Shown here: in pieces, positions 19,451 through 26,710 of the stretch
Layout of the letters: each line of letters opens with the position of its first letter
How positions within the stretch are numbered: the stretch's first letter is position 1
Origin: a bacterium
GTDB taxonomy: Bacteria > Sysuimicrobiota > Sysuimicrobiia > Sysuimicrobiales > Humicultoraceae
Length of the DNA: 35,089 nt
Reading direction: 5' to 3'
Assembly: GCA_041497675.1 (NCBI GenBank)
Contig: JBGQGY010000025.1
Location: forward strand, 1 to 35,089
Program-made: the position numbers and the translations under genes
Notes under the pieces: generated by a model
The model's database searches: none
Seen by the model: only the letters and a program-made list of their open reading frames with translations
Told to the model about the DNA's origin: nothing

Positions 19451-20131
19451 TCAGGACCGCCACGCCGCGATGCGCGGCTCCAGATTCTGCACCTCTGACA
19501 GCTTCTTGCCGCTGCGGATCTGGTCGGCCCGTGACTGCTCGCCGGCCAGGTGCTCGTCGGCGAGCTTCAGGACCTCGCGCACGCTCGCCCGCGGCACGAC
19601 CACAACGCCGTCGTCGTCGCCAATGATGAGGTCGCCGGGGTGCACGGGTACGCCGCCGCACTGGATCGGGACGTTGATCGCGCCCGGTCCGACCGATCCG
19701 TACACCGCGACGCACGCAGAGCGGGCAAACGTCGGGAGCCCGAGCGCGATGATCCCCCTGGTGTCGCGCGCGCCGGCGTCAATGACCTGGCCCTCGACCC
19801 CGCGCTGTTTCAGGTAGCCGGAGAATCCTTCCCCCGTGCCGGCCAGGTTCTTTTGACCGCCCGCGTCGATCACCAGCACGTCACCGGGCTGCACGACGTC
19901 GCTCGCCTTCAGGATGAACAGCGCATCACCGGGGCGGGTCCAGACCGTGACCGCCGGACCACACACTCGCATGCCCCGCTGGATCGGCTTGATCTCGTAG
20001 TCCATGACGCCGCCGCGGGCCATCGCGTCGGCGACCTTGCAGGCGTCATGCCTGCGAAAGGCCTCGATGACGTCCTTGGGTGGGCGCTCGATCTGCGTGT
20101 TGATCACACCATGTAGTGGATGCTTTTCCAT
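19451..20131 (-). CDS. RraA-family protein / HMG aldolase-like (copy 2)
   Basis: Starts MEKHPLHG at 20131 after SD ggaagga; VADAM, CGPAVTV, PGDVLVIDAGG, IDAGARD, INVPIQCGGVPVHPGDLIIGDDDGV. Confidence 0.9.
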   Translation of the reverse strand: MEKHPLHGVINTQIERPPKDVIEAFRRHDACKVADAMARGGVMDYEIKPIQRGMRVCGPAVTVWTRPGDALFILKASDVVQPGDVLVIDAGGQKNLAGTGEGFSGYLKQRGVEGQVIDAGARDTRGIIALGLPTFARSACVAVYGSVGPGAINVPIQCGGVPVHPGDLIIGDDDGVVVVPRASVREVLKLADEHLAGEQSRADQIRSGKKLSEVQNLEPRIAAWRS

Positions 20132-20286
20132 GAGGGCTCCTTCCCGCTGACTCGGCAAGACGCTTGGGCGAGTGGGTACGTTCGACGGCGACCGATCGCG
20201 CCCTGCGCGACCCGCGGGAGGGCGGGGGGAGACGTGCGGAGAACGGTCAGGACATCCCACAGGAGACAGCACAGGGAGGCGTGTGC
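20132..20286. promoter_or_regulatory. Divergent intergenic region expected to hold two promoters
   Basis: 155-bp gap between the leftward rraA-ggt operon and the rightward ggt copy 2; SD sequences at both ends; GGTCAGGACAT (GT-N4-AC) at 20245-20255. Confidence 0.6.
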
Positions 20287-21888
20287 ATGTCCAACGTTCG
20301 CGGGATGGTCGCATGTCCCGAGCCGGAGGCGGCCGAGATCGGTGCCGCGATTCTCGAACGGGGAGGCAGTGCGGTCGACGCAGGCGTCGCGACGGTCTTC
20401 GCCCAGACGGTCGCCAACCCGTTGATCAGCAGCCTCGGCGGCTGCGGCGGCTTTCTGGTCTACGATGCGCGCCGCGGCGCGGCCGAGGTGGTCGAAGCGT
20501 ACGCGATGTCGGGTTCTCGAGCGATGGTGGGCGTGTATACCCCGATGGAGGGCGGCGAGATCCCCGGGATCGTCGGCGGCGGCCGCAAAGTCGAAGGCGG
20601 TCGGAACATGCGCAGCCATGCGGCGTCGGTGATCCCCACGTTGGTGCGGGGTCTGGAAGAAGTCCACCGGCGTCACGGGCGACTCCCCTGGAAGGATCTG
20701 ATCGAGCCGGCGGCGCGTCTGGCCCGGGATGGCATCGCGGTGACTCCCTATCTGCACCGGACGTGGGACCCCGACCGGCCGCACCCCGACGGGATGGGGA
20801 TCCCCGAGAAGATCGAGGATGAACCGGAGGCCCGAAAGATCTTCATGCCCCAGGGACGGCTGCTTCGGCTCGGGGAGACGCTGGTCCAGCGCGACCTCGG
20901 GCACACACTGGAGCGCGTGGCGAACGACGGCGCGCAGGTCTTCTACAACGGTGAGATTGCCGGATTGATCGGACGCGACTTCGAAGCGCACGGCGGGTTG
21001 TTCACCACCCAGGACCTGAAGGCCGCGCGGCCGAGCATCGGTATCCCCCTGCGCGGGCGCTATCGGGATTGGACGCTCCTGACCGATGGGCCGCCCACGT
21101 TGGGCGTCGTGCAGTTGCAAATCATGCAGATTCTGGAGGGCATCGATCTCCGCGCGCTGGGGTGGAACACACCCGCCTACGTCGACGTGCTGGCCCGGAC
21201 GATGCAGTTCGCGTTTGCGGATGCCACAACTGTTCTGGGCGCCAAGACCGACGGCGCGGCCGCACGGCTGCTCGATCCGTCGCACATTGCCGCGTTGACG
21301 GCCCGCGTCGCCGCGGGCGAAGCCCCGGGCCGCCGCGAGGGGTTCGCCTCTGACGGGACGACCCATCTCGCGGCCATCGACGCAGACCGGAACGTCGTGT
21401 CGTGGGTGCATTCGAGCGGCAGCGGCTCTGGCGTCGTCACCCCTGGGCTCGGCTTCGTCCACAACAACCACATGATCATGTTCGACCCGCGGCCGGGCCG
21501 GCCGCAGACCATCGCGCCGCGCACCATCCCGGTGCACGGGGGAGGACCGGTGATCGTCGAACGCGGCGGTCGACCTGTGATGGCGATCGGGTCACCCGCC
21601 GGAGGATTGAAGACGACGGCGATCACGCAGGTGCTGCTGAACGTGTTTGAGTTCGGCCTCCCGCTGCAGGCGGCGATCTCCGCGCCCCGGATCCACACGG
21701 AGGCCGGGCGTGGGGTGATGGTCGAGCCGAGCTTCCCATCCGGTCTGCGCAGGGCGCTGCAGCGGCTGGGGCATCGCATCGTGATCAGTGACTACACCGC
21801 GCGGGTGTCAGCAGTCATGATTGCCGATGATGGCGACCTGGTCGGAGGCGCCGATCCCCGCGGTGGCGGCGGGCTGGAATGGTGTTGA
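20287..21888 (+). CDS. Gamma-glutamyltransferase-family Ntn-hydrolase (copy 2, most divergent)
   Basis: Starts MSNVRGMVACPEP after SD gggagg; GGSAVDAGVA, G|TTHLA, GSGVVTPGLGFVHNN, GSPAGG, APRIH, GADPRG. Confidence 0.9.
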   Translation: MSNVRGMVACPEPEAAEIGAAILERGGSAVDAGVATVFAQTVANPLISSLGGCGGFLVYDARRGAAEVVEAYAMSGSRAMVGVYTPMEGGEIPGIVGGGRKVEGGRNMRSHAASVIPTLVRGLEEVHRRHGRLPWKDLIEPAARLARDGIAVTPYLHRTWDPDRPHPDGMGIPEKIEDEPEARKIFMPQGRLLRLGETLVQRDLGHTLERVANDGAQVFYNGEIAGLIGRDFEAHGGLFTTQDLKAARPSIGIPLRGRYRDWTLLTDGPPTLGVVQLQIMQILEGIDLRALGWNTPAYVDVLARTMQFAFADATTVLGAKTDGAAARLLDPSHIAALTARVAAGEAPGRREGFASDGTTHLAAIDADRNVVSWVHSSGSGSGVVTPGLGFVHNNHMIMFDPRPGRPQTIAPRTIPVHGGGPVIVERGGRPVMAIGSPAGGLKTTAITQVLLNVFEFGLPLQAAISAPRIHTEAGRGVMVEPSFPSGLRRALQRLGHRIVISDYTARVSAVMIADDGDLVGGADPRGGGGLEWC

Positions 21889-22589
21889 ACGACGGGCTCG
21901 ATCGCCCGACGATCGTCAAGACCGCGTTTGGTCCTTTTCAGAAGTACAAGGCGTTTCAAGCGGCGTATGGTCTGCTGACGCCCTGGACGTACGCCTACGA
22001 TAAGGAAGCCGGCATCTATGGATTTGACCAGGCCAAGGCGCGGCAGCTCCTCGACAGGGCAGGATGGGAGATGAGCTCCGACGGCATCCGCAGAAAGGGC
22101 GGCAAGCGCCTGACGATCGGTCTGGCCTCATGGCAGCATGGGGTCCCCGAGTTGATGCAGGCGCAGCTGAAGCAGATCGGCATCGAGCTCGAGATCCTGG
22201 TGGAAGAGGGCGTTCGGGCCGGCCCGGCGGCCAACGAGAATCAGCGAAAGCAGATCTCCCACATGTCGTTCCTGGCCGCGCCCCGCAGCGATCCAGACAT
22301 CATCAGCGCGCTGCTCCACTCGCGCAACGTGGGTGGCGGCGGGTTCAACTTCTCGTTTGTCAAAGACCCCGAGCTCGATCAATTGCTCGACGCCCAGGCG
22401 GTCGAGATCGACGCGACGAAGCGCGCGGCGATCCTCGCGAAAGCGCAGCGGCTGGTCATGGCCAAAGCCTACATGCTGGCGGTGTACAACTGGGACAACG
22501 TCTCGCTGAGATCGGCACGAGTCAATGATCTGGAGTTTGATCACATCGGGTTCTTCCCGTGGCTGTACGACGCCTGGCTGCGCCAGTAA
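21885..22589 (+). pseudogene. 5'-deleted family-5 substrate-binding protein; paralogue of the C-terminal part of 26711..28318
   Basis: Collinear with 27614..28318 (both 705 nt); identical block IISALLHSRNVGGGGFNFSFVKDPELD; lacks the signal peptide and about 300 N-terminal residues; begins at the GGT stop. Confidence 0.88.
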
Positions 22590-22600
22590 CAGGGACGCCG

Positions 22601-23049
22601 GTGGACCGGGCTTCTGACGCCGCCCTCACCGCCTACGCGGCAGATTGGCGAAGGCGCGTCGGGGAGTGGCCGTTGCCACTGCCGCGCTTTACCCTCGACC
22701 TGGCCACGGCGGCGCTGCTGATCGTTGACCTGCAATACGGATCGGTCGATCCGGACACGGGTGTCGGCCCCTACCTGCGCGAGCACTACCCAGAGACCGC
22801 GGCGTACTACTATGGACGCGTGCGCGATGCGGTGATCCCGAATACCGCGCGGCTGCTGCAGTTCTTCCGTGAGCGCCGGCGCCCGGTCGTCTATCTCACC
22901 GTGGGCGTCAACCTCCCGGACGGAGCGACGGCCTGAGCCTGACGAGACAGATTAACGACGATCTCAAGGCTCGACGGGCGCATGGACCACTGGTACTCCG
23001 TGGCAGCCGAGGGAACAGCATCGTGCCGGACCCGCGGCTTCGGTCATAA
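22601..23049 (+). pseudogene. Frameshifted and 3'-truncated isochorismatase-family hydrolase; paralogue of 28329..29087
   Basis: EWPLPLP.FTLD, QYGSVDPDTGVGPYLR and YYYGRVRDAVIPNT shared with the intact copy; one base missing at 22920/21; shifted frame continues RSDGLSLTRQINDDLKAR to TAA 23049; catalytic Lys and Cys absent. Confidence 0.9.
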
Positions 23050-23080
23050 CGGGAGGCAGGAGTTCGGACGCCGACAGCCG

Positions 23081-23101
23081 ATACTAATGTTATACAATAT
23101 G
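23081..23101 (+). promoter_or_regulatory. AT-rich candidate -10 element and GntR-type operator at the gntR start
   Basis: ATACTAATGTTATACAATATG in a GC-rich background; near-palindrome TGTTATACA at 23088-23096; TAATGT and TACAAT hexamers. Confidence 0.5.
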
Positions 23102-23890
23102 GACCACACACAGGTTCTGCTGAACCGCGACGATCCGCTGCCGCTCTATCATCAACTGAAGCGACGGCTGATTCAAGAAATCCACTCCGGCCGTTTCACA
23201 CCCGACCGCGCGTTTCCCAGCGAACGCGAGCTCGTCGAGCATTTCCAGGTGAGTCGAATGACGGTTCGACTGGCGCTGCAGGACCTGGCCCGCGAGGGAT
23301 GGCTCCGTCGCGAGCGGGGCCGCGGTTCGTTCATTACGCCGCGAAAGCTGTCCCGCCAGGCCGATCGCCTGATCGGCTTCGCCGAGGATGAAATTGCCGC
23401 GAGCACACCCGTCGTCATCCGCGAGCGCAGCTTGCGCCTGCTCGGGGCGACGGAAGCCGTTCCGTCGTGCTTCACCAGACATCCCGCGTGTGTCTTCTAT
23501 CGGTCGGAACGCCTGGGCGTCCTGGGAGATCAGGCGCTGATGTACTCGATGGTTCACCTCAAGGTTCCCGCGGGCACCGTGCTGACCCCTGCGATGCTTC
23601 AGGAATTCGAATCATTCTATCCTTTGCTCGAGCGGCGAGTGGGGATCACGATCAGTCACGGTTCCCGTACGATGGAAGCCGTCGAAGCACGCAAGAGGGA
23701 CGCGCAGGTCCTGAACGTGCGTCCAAAATCGCCCCTACTGCTCGTTCGGACCACGGCGTTTGACAGCTCGGGTGACGCGGTGTTGCACTCGGAGAGCCGC
23801 TTTCGGGGCGATCGCTACCAGTACGTCGTACCTTATATCGGACGCCGCGCTTCTCGGATGAGTGAAACGAGCACGCTGACGCTTCGATGA
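23099..23890 (+). CDS. GntR-family transcriptional regulator, HutC subfamily (wHTH + UTRA)
   Basis: PLYHQLK, FPSERELVEHFQVSRMTVRLAL, RERGRGSF; UTRA-like C-terminus (SFYPLLE, SRFRGDRY); start at ATG 23099 or 23087, not 22982. Confidence 0.93.
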   Translation: MDHTQVLLNRDDPLPLYHQLKRRLIQEIHSGRFTPDRAFPSERELVEHFQVSRMTVRLALQDLAREGWLRRERGRGSFITPRKLSRQADRLIGFAEDEIAASTPVVIRERSLRLLGATEAVPSCFTRHPACVFYRSERLGVLGDQALMYSMVHLKVPAGTVLTPAMLQEFESFYPLLERRVGITISHGSRTMEAVEARKRDAQVLNVRPKSPLLLVRTTAFDSSGDAVLHSESRFRGDRYQYVVPYIGRRASRMSETSTLTLR

Positions 23891-23922
23891 GCGTCAGTGG
23901 GCGATATGAGGGAGGGGATCGA

Positions 23923-24075
23923 ATGCGACGTCGGTTGATCACCTCGCTGTTGATCATCCTGTTCTTGGGGGTGCCGTCGGCAATCGGTGGACCGGCGCCC
24001 CAGGCCGGCGGCGCCATCGTCGGCGGTGAGGTCGACCTGACCGGGCGGTTGACCGACGTGCGGTTCAGGCCGTGA
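23923..24075 (+). pseudogene. 50-aa ORF: signal peptide plus short tail, probably an internally deleted substrate-binding protein
   Basis: Strong SD gagggagggg; MRRRLITSLLIILFLGVPSAIG then PAPQAGG (compare PAPTKGG of 26711) then LTDVRFRP (compare ERDVRFAPI of 5446); GTGA overlap with the next gene. Confidence 0.55.
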
Positions 24076-25001
24076 CCGAACACGTCCTGAACCCGGGGAA
24101 GATCCATCACCGTTGGAACCGCGACCAGCCCCCAGCGCTCGAGATCAGACCCGGAGACGTGGTGGTCTTCGATACGGCCGAGGTGTCCGGCGGGCAAATC
24201 CGGCCCGGCGTCGATCTCAAGGCGCTCCTGCCACTCAACCCCGATCGCATCTACCCGCTCGGGGGGCCCATCTTCGTCGAGGGCGCGCGTTCCGGCGATG
24301 TACTCGAAGTCGAGATCCTCACCATGGATCCCGGGGCGTGGGGGTGGACGGCTATTCTCCCAAACGCCGGGCTGCTGCCGGAAGACTATCCTGACCCCTA
24401 CGCCAAGTTTTGGGATCTCTCCAACAAGCAGGACACCGCGTTGCGACCCGATATCGTCATTCCTCTCGATCCTTTCTGTGGGGTGATGGGGGTCGCCCCT
24501 GAGGAGCACGGAGAGTTCCGGATTCTCCCACCCGGCCGCTTTGGCGGGAACATGGACATTCGTCACCTCACGAAGGGGACGACCCTGTTCCTGCCGGTGC
24601 AGGTCGACGGCGCGCTCTTCTCGGCGGGGGACTGCCACGCCGCGCAGGGGGACGGCGAGGTGTGCGTGTCCGGCATCGAGTGCCCGATGACGTTCTCGCT
24701 GCGGTTCAAGGTGCAGAAGGGCCGCAGCATCCACACGCCGCGGTTTGTGACCCGCGGGCCGCTGACCCCGAAGTATGACGCATCCGGCTACTACGCGACG
24801 ACCGGGATCGCCCCGGACCTCATGGACGCTGCCAAAGGCGCCCTGCGCGAGATGATCGGATATCTTGTCGAGGCGCATCGACTCTCTCGGGAGGATGCCT
24901 ACGTCCTGTCCAGCGTTGCCGTGGATCTGAAGATCAGCGAAGTCGTGGACCGACCGAACTGGATCGTGTCTGCGTACGTGCCGCGCGGCATCTTCCGCTG
25001 A
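24072..25001 (+). CDS. Acetamidase/formamidase-family protein
   Basis: GPIFVEGARSGDVLEVEI, PFCGVMGVAP, GGNMD, GDCHAAQGDGEVCVSGIE, AYVLSSVAVDLKISEVVD. Confidence 0.93.
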   Translation: MTEHVLNPGKIHHRWNRDQPPALEIRPGDVVVFDTAEVSGGQIRPGVDLKALLPLNPDRIYPLGGPIFVEGARSGDVLEVEILTMDPGAWGWTAILPNAGLLPEDYPDPYAKFWDLSNKQDTALRPDIVIPLDPFCGVMGVAPEEHGEFRILPPGRFGGNMDIRHLTKGTTLFLPVQVDGALFSAGDCHAAQGDGEVCVSGIECPMTFSLRFKVQKGRSIHTPRFVTRGPLTPKYDASGYYATTGIAPDLMDAAKGALREMIGYLVEAHRLSREDAYVLSSVAVDLKISEVVDRPNWIVSAYVPRGIFR

Positions 25002-25033
25002 GGTGCCTGTGTCGAGGGTCGGTGAGGTGATGC

Positions 25034-26632
25034 ATGCGAGGAATCGTCGTCTGCCCCGAGCCACCCGCCGCTGAGGCCGGCCGCCAGATCCTGGCCCGCG
25101 GCGGCAACGCGTTCGACGCGGCGGTCGCCGCGGCATTCGCGCAAGGGGTGACCAATCCCATCGGGTGTGGGATCGGCGGGCTGGCATTCATCCAGACCTA
25201 CTCCGCGGCGCATGACGCCGGCGTGTACCTGAACGCCTCGGTGTCGATCGGATCGGGTGAGGTCCCACAGCGGTTCCGGACCGATCTCGTGGGGCGCTCC
25301 GAGCGCGTCGGGCGGTATCTCGTCCGCGGTGAGCCGAACCAGATGAGCTACCCCTCGATCATGACGCCCGGATTCGTGGCCGGGATGGACGAGCTCGCGC
25401 GTCGGTTCGGGAACGGTCGGGTCCCGTGGGCCGATCTGATCCGCCCCGCCGCGGACCTCGCCGAAGAAGGGTTTGATCTCTATCCGTATCTCGCCGCCTA
25501 CTACACCTTCGAGGGACAGGGTCGACCCGGATATCCTGACGTCCACCGCAAGCTCGCCAACGACCCGCGCGCGGCCGCCTTGTACACGCCCGGCGGAGCG
25601 GTCCCATCGGTCGGCTTCCGGCTCAGACAGCAGGCGATGGGCCGTACGCTGCGCCGCGTCGCCGAGGGAGGCGCCGGGGTGTTCTATCGGGGCGACGTCG
25701 CGCGCGAGATGGCCGCGGATCTCGCGGCGAACGGCTCACTGGTCACCGGCGACGATCTGGCGACGTACGACGTGCGTACCGAGCTGCCGGTTGTGACCGC
25801 GTGGCGGGATCTCGTCATCCAGACCAGTCCTCCGCCCAGCCACGGCTCGATCCTCCTGGCCATGCTGCGGACCGTCGAAGAGGCGGATCTGGCGGCCATG
25901 GGCTTCAACTCTCCACGGTATATCGACCTGCTGGCGAGGGTGACAAACCACGCCTTCACCGATGGGATCGCGATTCTCGCTGATCCGGCGTTCGCGCCGG
26001 TGCCCCTCGAGCGTCTGCTCTCGCGTGAGCGAGCCCGCCGCGTCCGGGGCGCGGGCGCGACCGCCACGGCCGGGCGGCTGGTCGGGGGCAGCGACGGTCA
26101 TACCACACACGTGAGCGCGGCGGACGCAGACGGCAACGCCGTCGCGATCACTCATTCCATCGGGTCGGTGACGGGAGCCGGCGTCATGACGCCCGGGCTG
26201 GGGTTTCTCTACAACAATTTTCTTGGACACTTCAACCCCGAACCCGGCCACCACGATTCGATCGCGCCCGGCAAACGGGTTGGCGGGGGGTGCCCCACGA
26301 TCATCTTCAAAGACCGCCGTCCGGTGCTCGCCATCGGCTCGTCGGGAGGCAGCCGGTTGATTAGCGCGGTCTTTCAAACCATTCTCAACGTCTTCGTGCA
26401 CGGTATGGATCCTCAAACTGCGGTCGGCACCCCGCGATTCCACTGCGAGCAAGACGGCCGGCTCTACCTCGAGCCATCGTTTCCCGAATCGACGGTGAGC
26501 GATCTTCGCCGGATGGGATACGAGATTACGGTCACGTCGTACATGGGATGCAACCAGGCCGTGCGTCTCGACGGGTCTACCCTTCAGGGTGGCACGGATC
26601 CGCGCGGCAGCATGGGTATCGGTATCGCCTAA
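25034..26632 (+). CDS. Gamma-glutamyltransferase-family Ntn-hydrolase (copy 3, close to copy 1)
   Basis: MRGIVVCPEP, GGNAFDAAVA, GIGG, H|TTHVS, YNNFLGHF, GSSGGSRL, GTDPRG. Confidence 0.92.
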   Translation: MRGIVVCPEPPAAEAGRQILARGGNAFDAAVAAAFAQGVTNPIGCGIGGLAFIQTYSAAHDAGVYLNASVSIGSGEVPQRFRTDLVGRSERVGRYLVRGEPNQMSYPSIMTPGFVAGMDELARRFGNGRVPWADLIRPAADLAEEGFDLYPYLAAYYTFEGQGRPGYPDVHRKLANDPRAAALYTPGGAVPSVGFRLRQQAMGRTLRRVAEGGAGVFYRGDVAREMAADLAANGSLVTGDDLATYDVRTELPVVTAWRDLVIQTSPPPSHGSILLAMLRTVEEADLAAMGFNSPRYIDLLARVTNHAFTDGIAILADPAFAPVPLERLLSRERARRVRGAGATATAGRLVGGSDGHTTHVSAADADGNAVAITHSIGSVTGAGVMTPGLGFLYNNFLGHFNPEPGHHDSIAPGKRVGGGCPTIIFKDRRPVLAIGSSGGSRLISAVFQTILNVFVHGMDPQTAVGTPRFHCEQDGRLYLEPSFPESTVSDLRRMGYEITVTSYMGCNQAVRLDGSTLQGGTDPRGSMGIGIA

Positions 26633-26710
26633 ACCACAAGGAGGGGGGGAACGCCGCGTTCCGGTTGGGCGCTCAGCAGTCGACGACATTCTCGTTGTAG
26701 AAGGAGGATA

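Noticed and set aside
18484..20131. Complete phthalate/protocatechuate degradation cluster
   Set aside because: No ring-hydroxylating or ring-cleaving dioxygenase, dihydrodiol dehydrogenase or lactonase in the window.
22934..22936. TGA as selenocysteine or programmed frameshift in the hydrolase copy
   Set aside because: Homology continues in another frame from 22921, there is no slippery sequence, and the gene is truncated before its catalytic residues anyway.
22982..23098. N-terminal extension of GntR given by the ORF track
   Set aside because: This stretch is the out-of-frame tail of the hydrolase pseudogene and the promoter; the wHTH domain starts after 23099.
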